Part shown: positions 12,973 through 25,334 of the stretch, piece by piece
Position numbering within the stretch: position 1 is the first letter of the stretch
How the letters are laid out: every line of letters starts with the position of its first letter
NCBI RefSeq assembly: GCF_009914755.1
Contig: NC_060947.1
Strand: one strand, 5' to 3'
DNA length: 64,000 nt
Origin: the human T2T-CHM13v2.0 reference genome, Homo sapiens
Position numbers and translations under genes: made by a program
The notes under the pieces: generated by a model
The model's input: only the letters and a program-made list of their open reading frames with translations
Told to the model about the DNA's origin: nothing
The model's database searches: none

Positions 12973-14063
12973 TGAGTTGCTGTAATGGGCTGAATTGGTT
13001 GGCCTCCAGCCAGGAGGTGGTGCTTTCAAGAGAGCACCAGCTGCATTAGTAGTAGGGGGCTCTAAGCTTGCCCTAAGTTGGCCAGAGTAAGTATTTTGGT
13101 TTCTCAGGTGGTAGGTAGGGCCATAAAACTCCTAAGAGTTTCTGTCTGTTGTGGTTGGCTACCAGTGTCGGTAGAGAAATACTATCAGGTAGGAGCAGTG
13201 TTAGGCAGGTCTGGGCTGAGACACTCCTGGGGCAGAGCTTGCTGGTTGGAGAATGGGGGTCTGGTTCTCAGACAAATGAGATTATGTTCCTGAGGGGGAT
13301 CTTGGCTGCCTCCTCTGTTTCATAAAATTTGCCAGAGAAGTGTTGGATAGTTGGTAGCAAGAGACCTCACCCAGCTCCCACACACTTGGTGAGGTTGGTC
13401 TCACTATCATAGTGCTCCACTCAAACCTTGCCCCAGGCTGTGAGCTTCCCCTCTGAGAAAGCAAGCATGGCTTTTGGACCTTGCTCTTCCCTGTCTGCTC
13501 ATTCCTTTGACAGGAGCTCCTGCAGCAGCTCCCTCTCATCCCCTGGACTCCACTCATGAAAATTTGTGTCCGGTTGAAACCACTACCAGTTTCAGTTTTA
13601 AGCTTTTTTCACCTTGCAACCCCTTCCAAATTCTGCTGGCTGCCTTTCTCAAGGGCCCCTGTGAGATATAGTCAAAGATGTTGTCCTTGAGCTCAAGGTG
13701 GAGGCTGGGAGTGCCTACAAGACACTTCCCACTGCTGCTTCCACTTTAATATTTTGACTCCCTGAATCCATTTCAGCTCTAGGTAAGGTTAAATCCTTCT
13801 CCTGTGATCTTGATTTTCAGATTCTCTAGTGGGGATATGTGTTCAGAAGCAGGTTTTCTCCCTCTCATATTTTGGGAACTCAGAGGGTTTTTTTTTGCCA
13901 ATTTTTTGGAATTTGCAGTGGCATGCCACTGCTTTCAAAGGATCTGTGAATTCTTTCAGTAATTTTTTTTTTGGCTTATTCCTCTGGTGGTTCTAGGAGC
14001 AGAAAGTAACGGTGTGAGTTTCTACATGCTGTTTTGTTCATCCAAGTAAGAGCTGCACATTAA

Positions 14064-14513
<450 letters not shown>

Positions 14514-14650
14514 CATATTTTACTTGATTTTTTTGAGTTATTTTCAATAAGAGAAATAGTATAAGATGGAAATAATTTTACTATAAGGACCAAAGTAGAC
14601 AAATTCCTGAGAAAAATTCCCTATCTCCTCAGCTTTTCTGTTATCCAGCC

Positions 14651-14868
14651 AAGTGGTTGTCACTCAGGGGTAATTTTTTCCCCCAAGAGATATTTGATAA
14701 TGTCAGAAAGACATATATTGTCACAATCGGGGAAGACATATTGCTACAGGCGTCTAATGGGTAGACACCAGGGATATTTTTAAACAACGTAAAACACATA
14801 AAATAGCCTATTCCAAGAAAAATAAGTATTCAGCCCAAAATGTCAATACTGCTGACCTGAGAAACCTG
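14651..14868 (+). mobile_element. MER20 (hAT-Charlie) DNA transposon
   Basis: AGTGGTTGTCA...TTGTCACAATCGGGG...CAGCCCAAAATGTCAATACTGCTGACCTGAGAAACCTG follows the MER20 consensus. Confidence 0.8.
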
Positions 14869-14949
14869 GATCTATCTTTACCTTTGTGCTTCTATTTGAT
14901 TCCCACTCTCCTCTGAGGACATAGTCTTCCCTTCAACTCTCCTAAGTGG

Positions 14950-15970
14950 GTTTTTTTATTTTCTCAAAAACCATGCACATTATTCGACCTGCAGAGTGAG
15001 TTAAATGTCATAGTTTTTCCTCATTGCTACTTTCAGAATATTCTCTCCCCTCCCCATTTAAAAAATATTCCAGTTTTAAATTTCATGTTGTCATTAGTTT
15101 TAGATGACTGGATTACTTGCCACAGTCTGTCTTCCAATAAATTATTTTGAAGATTTTAGTTCCTGGCTCACTGAAATGCTTTCTAATATCACTCCTGTAA
15201 TTGTTCTTGGCAATTGCAATATATCAGTATATGACTATTCCAAAATCATAGCCTCTACATTCCTAAAATTTCTGTCCAATGAACTTAATATTGACCCTAC
15301 CTCACCAACAACTTATTCTCTTGGTCCTATCATATTCTGTATAATTACCAGGAACTGCTACCCTTCCGTCATTTCAGTTTAATACAAATTACTCTCTTAG
15401 CAGTCTTTCCTAAATTTTCAGCTTACTATTCCTTGTACTGTATCTGCAGCAATCCTTTGATAGCATCAGGACCTCAAATCATTAACTTTCAAATGTGTCT
15501 TTATCCCTCGTATTTCCAGTTTTCTTTCACACAGCTTAAATTTCATGATAAGCCATAATAATCACATTCTTGTATTGACTCTGTTCTTTTCCATTTCTCA
15601 CTTCACTGTACTCAATTGGCAAAATAAAAACCTGCAAAATTAAAAATTTCCACCTAATTTGTGACAGTACTCGTGGCCGAATACAGTTAGAGGAAAACCC
15701 ACAACTGTTCCTTTCTTACATTTATTATTTTTAACTTTAATTGGGCCTTGCTTGATTGTTGGCAACCATCCTTCATTTCTCTAGGATATTCACTCTCTTC
15801 TAAACTATACTATGATAGTAAAATGGCTACTAGCAGCTCTATTTGGATGTCTGATGAGCATACCAAATTTAACAAAATTAAAACTAAGCTCTTGATCTCA
15901 TGCTCTCAGACATAGTCTTCCTGCAGAATTTCCATTTCAATTAATGGCAATTGAATCATTTCAGTTGTTG
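14950..15970 (+). mobile_element. L2 LINE relic including endonuclease-domain sequence
   Basis: ORF 15104-15382 FEDFSSWLTEMLSNITPVIVLGNCNISVYD resembles the L2 APE motif IILGDFNIHVD; 15840-15970 matches L2 TTGGATGTCT...AAACTCAACAT region; boundaries approximate. Confidence 0.7.
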
Positions 15971-16808
15971 GAAACTGTCGGTTTCTTTTGGAATAATAAA
16001 TCAGTGAGATTCTGTGGGCAGAAAACTGGAATGCGGTTGGCTTGAAGGCATGGAAATGTGCCTGTGGGGTTAGCTTATACCAATATTGAAACACATAGCA
16101 ATGTTAGCATTTCTAAATTTAACTATGATGCTAATTGGTAAACTCTTTAATTAAATCCCCACTCTTAATGGTTAATAGATTCCATATTATTATTGGAAAA
16201 AAAGGCACACCAAGGTAATGTAATTAAAACTATTATACATTTAATTTAAAAACAAATTCTTTTTGGTAAAAAATATAACACTTTGTATAAAATCTTTTGA
16301 ATAGTATCAATAGATGTCATATTTTAATAGGACTTATCACACCATTTCAGGCAAAGGTAATAGGAAATACTATTTAAAAATTTTCTATTCAAGACAGAGG
16401 ATTAGAGACTTTTAGGATACATTCGCCACTTGAAAACAGCAAAATAGTGCATAAACATAAACTCTGTGAGCTTTAGTTCAAGAAAATAAATGGGAACACA
16501 CACGAATCATGAAGGACACCTCTGATCCCAGAGAGGAGAACATGAGAAAACAGCCTCCATGATGGTGTCCAGCTGATAAAAGTGAGTGAGCCCCAGTATG
16601 TGAGAAAGACAGAGAGCTTCCCTCCATAACTCATCTTTCCATTGGGGAGTCAAGCAATCCAAGCCAAAGAATAGTACTTTGTTTCTCTTAAGTCCTGGAG
16701 CTAACTTGGAGCAAGGCTTTGAGACACTATATGGGAAAGACACTGACAAAAGCTGCAAGCATTTTCCCATACATGGAACCAAGAGTAGGATGCCATTTTT
16801 AAACTGGG

Positions 16809-19140
16809 TGATATGATTTAAATATTTGTCTCCTCCAAATCTCATTTTGAAATGTGATTTTTAAAATTGGAGCCTGCTGGGAGGTGATTGGATCATGAAG
16901 GCAGATATCTCATGAATGATTTAGAACCATCTTTTTAGTGGTAAGTGAGTTTTTGTTCAGTTAGTCCATGTGAAATCTGGTTGTTTAAAATAATCTGAGA
17001 CCTCCCCCTCCTGTATCCCTTTGCTCCTGATCTCGGCATGTCTCATGATGGTTCCCTTTTGCTTTCTGCCGTGATTATATGCTTCCTGGGTCTTCACCAG
17101 AAACAAAGCAAGCACCATTCTTCCTGTAAAGCGTGCAGAACCATAAGTCAATTTAACCATATTTGTTTATAATTACCCAGTTTCAGGTATTTGTAGCAAT
17201 GTAAGAATGGACTAACAGAAAATTGGTATTGGGGACTGGGGCATTCTGTACAGGTATTGGAAAATGTTGAATGCAGCTTTGGAGCTGTGTAATGAGCAGA
17301 GGTTGGAAAAGTCTGGAGGGCTCAGAATAAGGAAGATGAGGAAAAGTTTGGAACTCCTCAGAGACTGATTAAATGGTCGTGACCAAAATGTTGGTACACA
17401 TATTGACAGTTAAGACCAGGCTGATGAGGTCTCAGGTGGGAAAAAAAAATAATTTATTGGGACTATGAGCAAAGTCCATCCATGTTACGTTGTAACAAAG
17501 AACTTGGATGCATTGTGTCCACATTCTAGGGTTTTGTGGAATGTTGAAATTAAGAGTGATGACTTAGGGTATATCTAGTGGAAGAAATTTCTCAGCAGCA
17601 AAGTTTCCAAGATGTGGCCTGGCTGCTTCTAACATCCTATATTCAGATACAAATCAAATTAATGACTTAACATTGAAACTTATATTTAAAAGGTTAGCAT
17701 AGCATAAAAGTTTGGAAAGTTTGCAGCCTGTCCATGTGATAGAGAAAGAAAAAGCATTTTCATGAGAGTAGTACAAGTTAGTTATGAAGCAATTACCCCT
17801 AAAGAGATTAGGATGACTAAACGGGAGCCAAAGGTTAATATCTAAGAAAATGGGAAAAAGGCCTCAAAGACATTTCAGATATCTCTGAGGCGGTGCTTTC
17901 CATTACAGGTCCATGGTCTATGAGGAAAGAATTCTTTCAGGGCCAGGCTCAAGGCAATGTTTCTCTGTGCAGCCTCAGGACACTGCTTCCTACATCCCAG
18001 TTGCTACAGCTTCAGCCATAACTCAAGAGACCCCAGGTCCCTTGACTGGTCCCTTGGCTGCTGCTTCAGAGAGCTCAAGTCTCTGTAAGTCTTGGCAGCT
18101 CCCAAGTGATGGTAAGCCTACAGGTACACAGAATGCAAGAGTAAAGGAGGCTTGGCAACTCCTACCTAGATTCCAGAGAATGCATGGGAAAGCTTGGTTG
18201 TTCAGGCAAAAATCTGCCACAGTGGTGGAACCCCTATAGAACCACTCTACCAGGGCAGTGCCTAGGGGAAATGTGGAGTTGGAGCCCCCACACAAACTGT
18301 TCCCACTAGGGCACTGCCTAGGGAGTTGTGGGAAGGGGGCCACCACCTTCAGACCCCAGAATGGTAAATCCACTGGCAACTTGCAACCTCAGTATATAAA
18401 AGCTGCAGGCACTCATCTCTAACCCATGAGAGCAGCCACAAGGAGCTTCAAGGGAAGAACTGCCCAAGGTCTTGGGAGCCTACCTCTCACACCAGTGTGC
18501 CCAGGATGTGGAGCATGGTGTCAAAGAAGATTGTTTTGGAGCTTTAAGATTTAATGACTGCCTTGTTGGGTTTCAAACTTGTCTGGGGACTATTGCCCCT
18601 TTATTTTCACTGATTTATTCCTTTTGTAATGGCAGGGTGTACCCAAGGTCTGTACCACCATTGTGTCTTGAAATAAACAATTTGTTTTTTATCTCATAAG
18701 CTTATGGGTGGAAGAATCTCATCTCCAGACGAGGCTTTGGACTAGGGACTTAGAACTTTTGAGTTAATGCTGGAAGAAGTTAAGGCTTTTGGAGTCAATT
18801 GTGGAGGCATGATTGTTTTGTGAAGTGTGACAAGGACATGAGATTTTGGGGAACAAGAGCAGAATAATAGTGTTTGGTATTTGTCCCCTCTAAATCTCAT
18901 GTAGAAATGTGATTCCCAATGTTGGAGGTGGCACCTGGTGGGAGGTGATTGGATCCCAGTGGCAGATCCCTCATGAATGGCTTAGTATCATCCCCTTGGT
19001 GATAAGTGAGTTCTCACTCAGTCCATGTGACATCTAGTTGTTTAAAAGAGTCTGAGACCTCTCCTTTCTTTCTTTCTTTGCTTTCCTCTTCAGCATGTGA
19101 CATGCTGGTTCCCTGTCACTTTCTGCCATGATTGTATGCT
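16809..19140 (+). mobile_element. MSTB-like MaLR: 5' LTR 16809-17217, internal 17218-18864, truncated 3' LTR 18865-19140
   Basis: TGATATG...GGACTAACA LTR, internal start GAAAATTGGTA, second LTR after GAGCAGAA, which stops abruptly at GATTGTATGCT. Confidence 0.9.
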
Positions 19141-21231
19141 CAGGCATATCTTCAGGCATTTGGAACAACCCCTCATCTGGATTGTTATCCTGGCCCTGCA
19201 TCTTGAGCCCCACCCCCGCCCCCTTTTTCTTGTACAAAGATCCTGGTACAGCAGGGCCCTCTATGCTTCATCCACAGGCAGATCTCCAGGCATTCAGAGC
19301 ACCCAGTTGCCTGATTCAGCAGCCTGAGTTGCCCTACCCCTCATGTGCAGAGATTGTGGTGGAGGGGAACATTCTACACTCCAAACCCAGGCAGATCTCC
19401 ATGTCTCTGGTGCACACACTCTCTTTAATTAGGAGTTTAGGCCACTCCCCCTCCTTTTGAAGAGAAATTGGAGCTAAAGAGTTTTTTCCAGCTCCAAGCC
19501 TAGGCACACCTCTGGGTGCTTGCTGGCTGCCCACTGGATTCCCCATTTGTGCTGGTACTTGTGCTTGCCATTAGGAGACCTGTAGATAGAAATGCCTGGT
19601 ACAGCTCCATTCATCTGGACCCCTGTCCCCCAGGGCTGAGCAAGGATCTCAAACCAGTGTGCACTCCATGGATCAGCCCACTGCCTGAGGCAACAAATAA
19701 CCTCTTCCAGTAAATAAGGATCAAATATATACCCAGCCACTTTGCGCTTACGCATAAGTGCCATCTACTGGGTTGTCAGTCAAACTGTACAACCCAATAG
19801 AAAATCTGCTGACAGAAGTGCACAGAGCTGTAAAGTAAAGCCAAAATACCCTACCCCACATTCTCTACAGTAACACCCCTTATGGTTAAGGGGAAAGAAA
19901 AGGAAAATAATAAATCCATCAATATTATCAGAAAATAAATAGAAAAATTCTACCTGCACAAAAGGTACAAAAATATAAGTACTTGTGTCCTCAGATGAGA
20001 AGGACCCAGAGCAAGGATTCTGATGACATGAAAAATCTGAATGTAGTGACACCATCAAAGAATTGCAGTAGCTCCCCAGCAATAATTTCTTACCAAAAAT
20101 GGAAACTTAGAAATTACATATAAAAAATTCAAAGCATGGATTAAAAAGAAGTTCAACAAAATAAAAGATTGAAAATCAATATGAAGAAACCTCTAAAGTA
20201 ATCCAGAAAATAAAGGAAGAGAAATTATTCAGAGCTTCTGGAATTGAACAACTCACTTAGGGAATGTCAAAATACAAATGAAAGCTTTATCACTAGACTA
20301 CACCAAGAAGAAGATAGAATTTCAGAGTTAAAAGACCCATTTTTTGAACTAACCCAGTCAGACAAAAATAAAGAAAAAACAATTTATAAAATGAACCAAG
20401 TATTTGAGAAATATGAGATTATGTTAGGTGACCAAACCTACAAGTTTTTGGCATCCTGAAAGAATAAGTAAACAACCTGGATAACATATTTAAAGAAATA
20501 ATTTAAGAAAAATTCCTTAATTTTGCTAGAGAGGTACATATCCAGATACAAGAAATCCATAACACCTATGAGATACTTTAGAAAATGAACATTACCAAGG
20601 CATCTGGTCACTAGACTGTCCAAGTCAACACTGAAGAAAAGATCTTAAGGCCAGCTAGAGAAAAGGGTCAGATAATGTACAAAGGGAACACCACCTGGCT
20701 AACAGCAGACTTCTCAGCAGAAACCTTACAATGCAAGAGAGTCTGAGGCTCTATTTTCAGAATTCTTACAGAAGTAAAATTCCAACTAATTTCATATTCT
20801 GCAAACTAAGCTTCATGAGTGAAGGAGAAAAAAATATTTTCTAGACGAGCAAGTGCTAGGAGAATTTTCTACATCTGGACCAGTCTTAGATTCTTAAGGG
20901 AATTCTAAACATGGAGATAGAAGAATGATACCTGCTACTACAAAATACAATTATATACATTGCCCATAGACCATATGAAGGAAACACACACTATAAACTA
21001 CAAAGCAACCAGCTAACAACTTCACAATGAATTAAAACCTCAGATATCATTACCAGCCTTGAATGTAACTGGTAAAAATGACCATGTAAAACACACATAA
21101 GAAAAGACTTATCTTTCTGCTGTTTTAAAAAAACCCATCTCACATATAACAACATAAGAGTAAAGGGATGGAGAAAAATCTATCATGAAAAAGGAAAACA
21201 ACAACAGGAGATGCTATTCTTATATCAGATA

Positions 21232-21540
21232 CTGACTTTGTAATGATCGCCATTCTAACTGGTGTGAGATGGTATATAAAGAAAAGAAGTTTCAACCGAG
21301 AATTTCATATGCAGCCAAACTAAGCTTCATAAGCGAAGGAGAAATAAAATTCTTTACAGACAAGCAAATGCTGAGAGATTTTGTCACCACCATTTTATGT
21401 CAATAAAATCAACACCCCTTCATGCTGAAAACTCTCAAAAACTAGGTATTGATGGAACATATCTCAAAATAAGAAAAGCTATTTATGACAGACCCACATA
21501 TAATATAATACTGAATGGGCAAAAGCTGGAAGCATTCCCT
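21232..21540. mobile_element. Mosaic of three younger L1PA fragments (one antisense, two sense)
   Basis: 21232-21275 is 42/44 identical to L1PA2 sequence at 50121-50164; 21277-21392 is L1PA ORF1; 21400-21540 is L1PA RT region. Confidence 0.85.
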
Positions 21541-22687
21541 AAGAGGAAATTTTATAGCAATTAATGCCTACCCTAAGACATTGAAAAGATCTCAAAATAA
21601 CAACTTAACATCACATCTAGAGGAACTAGAAAAATAAGACCAAACTAACATCAAAACTAGCAGAAGAAAAGAAGTAACTAAAATCAGAGCAGAACTGAAA
21701 AAATAAGGGCCCAAAATACACACAAACCATCAATGAAACAAAAACGTGGTTCATTTTTGAAAAGATAAACAAGAACAATAAACCACCAGGATGATTAACA
21801 AACAAAAACGTGCAAAGATTCAAATAAGTACAATCAGAAATGCCAAAGGTAACATTACAACCAATCTCACAGAAATATGAAATATCTTTGGTCTATTATG
21901 AATACCCTGTATGCACAAAAAGTAGAAAATTTAAAGAAAATGGATAAATTCCTGGAAATACACAACCTCCCAAATTTAAATCAGGAAGACTTTGAAACTC
22001 TGACAAAACAAATATTGAATTCTGAAATTGAATTAGCAATGAAATACCGAACAACCAAGAGTCCTTGACTAACAGCTAAGTTCTACCAGACATATAAGGA
22101 AAAGCTGGTACCAATTCTAATAAAACTAGCCCAAAAAAACAGTGGAGGAGAGACTCATTCCTAACTCATTCTACAAAGCCATTGTCACCCTGATAACAAA
22201 ACCTGATAAAGAACAATGAAAAAGGAAAGTTGCATGTCAATATCCCTGATGAACATAGGTGCAAAAATCTTGAACAAAATACTAGCAAACTGAATCCATT
22301 AGTACATAAAAAAAGTTCATTCACCACAACCAAGTAGTCTTCATTCCTGGGATGCAAGTTTGGTTTAATATACACAAATGAATAAATGTGATATAATACA
22401 TGAGCAGAATTAGAAACAAAAATTATATGATCATCTCAATAGATGTAGATAAAGCTTTCAATGAAATCCAACATGTATCCATAATAAAAATACTTAACAG
22501 ACTAGGCATAGAAAGAACATACCTCAAAATATTAAGACCCATCTATGACAAATCCACAGCCAACATTATACTGAATGGGAAAAAGATGTGGAAGCATTCC
22601 CCTTCAGAATTAGAACAAGACAAGGATGCCCACTTTAACCACTTCTATTCAACACAGTACTGAAAGTCCTAGCGGAGCAATCAGACA

Positions 22688-22690
22688 AAA

Positions 22691-22733
<43 letters not shown>

Positions 22734-22736
22734 AAA
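22688..22736. repeat. (TAAA)n microsatellite inside L1 ORF2
   Basis: About 11-12 perfect units. Confidence 0.95.
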
Positions 22737-24749
22737 GCATCCAATTAGGAAAAGAAGCAGTCAAATTATCTATCTCTTTTCACTGATGATATAATTCTAT
22801 ACTGAGAAAACCCTAAAAACATGGCCCAAATGCTGCTGGAACTGATAACTACTTCAATAAGTTTCAGAATACAAAATCAATCACTACAGAGTACAAAATC
22901 ACTAGCATTTCTACATAACAATAATGTTCAAGCTAAGAGCAAAATCAAAAGTGCAATCTCATTTAAGATAGCCACAAAAGATAAACGATAAAATACCTAA
23001 GAGTACATCTAACCATGGAGATGAAAGATCTACAAGGGGAGCTCTAAAACAACACAAAAAAAATGATAGATGACATAAACAAGTGAAAAAACATTTCATG
23101 TTTATAAATGTGAATAATCAATACTGTTGACAAGGTCATACTGCTCAAAGTAAAACACATATTCAATGTTATTCTTATAAAACTACAAACACCATTTTTC
23201 ACAGAATTAGAAGAAAACTGTTCTAAAATTCACATAACCCCACAAAAGAACCCAAATAGCCAAAGCAATCCTATGCGAAAAGAACACAGTCATAAGCATC
23301 ATGTTACCTGACTTCAAACTATATTAGAAGGCTATGGTAACCAAAACACACAGTACTAACCTGATAAAAGACACATAGACTAATGGAATAGAATTGAGAA
23401 CTCAGAAATAAAACCACATACCTACAGCCATCTGATGTTCGACAAAGATGACAAAAATAAGCAACAAGGAAAGGACTCCTTATTTATTAAATGCTGCTTG
23501 GATAGCTGGCTAGCCATATGCAGAAGATTGAAACTGAACCCCCACCTTTCACTAATTACAAAAATTATTCTGAGATGAATTAAAGATTTTATTGTAAGAC
23601 CTCAAACTATAAGAATCTTAGAAGAAAACCTAGGAAATACCCTTCTCAACATCAACCTTGGAAAGAGTTTATGGCTAAATCAATTTAAAAGTGGGTAAAA
23701 GACATGTACAGACAGTTCTCAAAAGGAGACATATAAGTAGCCAACAAACATATGAAAAAAATGCTATTACTAATCATCAGAGAAATTCAAGCTCAAACCA
23801 AAAGGAGATAACGTATCACACTAGTCAAAATGGCTATTATTAAACAAAAAAAACAACGGATGCTGATGAGGCTGTGGGGAAAAGCAATTGCTTGTTTACT
23901 GTTTGTAGGAATGCAAATTAGTTCAGCCATTGTGGAAAGAAGTTTGGAGATTTCTCAAAGAACATAAAACAGAACTACCATTCAACCCAGCAATCTCATT
24001 GCTGGGGATATACACAAGAAAAAATAAATTGTTCTACCAAAAAGGCATGTATAACTCGTATGGTCACTGCAGCACTTACTCACACTAGCAAAGACATGAA
24101 CTCAACCTCGGTGCCCATCAATGGTTGATTTGATAAAGAAAATGCACTACATATACGTATGGAATACTAAGCAGCCATAAAAAAGTATAAAATCATATAC
24201 TATTTAGGATTTATAGATGTAACGGGAGGCCATTATGCTACATGAATTAATGCTGGAAGAGAAAACCAAATACCACATGTTCTCACTTATAAGTGGGAGC
24301 TAAATATTGTGTACACAAGGACATAAAGATTACAACAATAGACACTGGGGACAACTAGAGAGAAAAGGGAGCTAGGGGAGCAAGGGTTGAAAAGTAACTA
24401 GTGGAGACTATGCTTCCTAACTACCTGGGTGACAGGATCATTCATAACCCAAACCTCAGCATTATGTAATATACTCATGTAATACAACTGCACACGTATC
24501 CCACCTAATCTGAAATAAAAATTAAAATTATATTAAAAAAACTAAAAAATAAATACATTGTGGTATACTCACATATTGAAATATTATAAAATGATTGAAA
24601 AAAACTATAGAAATGAACATTAACTACTGGCTCTATCACCACCAACAATTACTATTGTGTAACAGAAAGTTCTTTTCCTTGAACTTAGTAGTTTAGGTTC
24701 TTCTGAAATAACTAAATAATTAATTTTAATCTATTCTTACTCTAGTTTC

Positions 24750-24875
24750 AGGCATCTCTGTCAGATTGTAAGAAACCTGAGATTTGAAACAGTATCTTAT
24801 TCATGTCTTTATCTCCAGCATTTAGCATAATGCCTAACCCATAATATATACTCAATAAATGTTGATGGCTGAGTT
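24750..24875 (+). mobile_element. L2 3' end
   Basis: AGATTGTAAG...TATCTCCAGCATTTAGCATAATGCCT...CTCAATAAATGTTG. Confidence 0.65.
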
Positions 24876-25334
24876 TTATATATTTTCTTTGTTAATCTAT
24901 AATCCATTTATTACCTGTATATAATGGTTTATTCTCTTTTCCAATGGCATCTGCTTCTTTGCTTGATCTTCATAGACAAACTTTTGACCATAATCTTTCT
25001 TGGGGTTAAATGGTTCCAATGAAATGTATCCTCATTGCAGAAACCTGTCTGTCCCTTCTTTAATAACAGCTCTCAAAGGCTTATTTCTTGTTTCAAAGTG
25101 CCCATTGTTCATACAGAACTTTCCAATATATTATTATTTCATATATGGTCTAAATCAAAGTAAATATGCAAAAATTAATGAAAATTCAGGACATTCTCAG
25201 TTCAGGCAATCAGCTCTTTTTGCTTTGTAATGTTCACTATGATGTCTCAGTAAGATGTCTGTCTACGAAGGTCTTTTAAATTTATTTTACATTGTGTATA
25301 TTTATATAAAGCCTACAACATTGATTAGAGGATT

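Larger units (their letters stand above)
16395..24550 (+). mobile_element. Near-full-length L1PA15/16-like LINE-1 (inactive), interrupted by MSTB and by a mosaic patch
   Basis: 5'UTR 16395-16808 and from 19141; ORF1 piece 20244-20459; ORF2 pieces 21877-22068, 22400-22663; 3'UTR GGGAGCAAGGGTTGAAAAG...CCCAAACCTCAGCAT; A-rich tail near 24512-24550. Confidence 0.85.
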
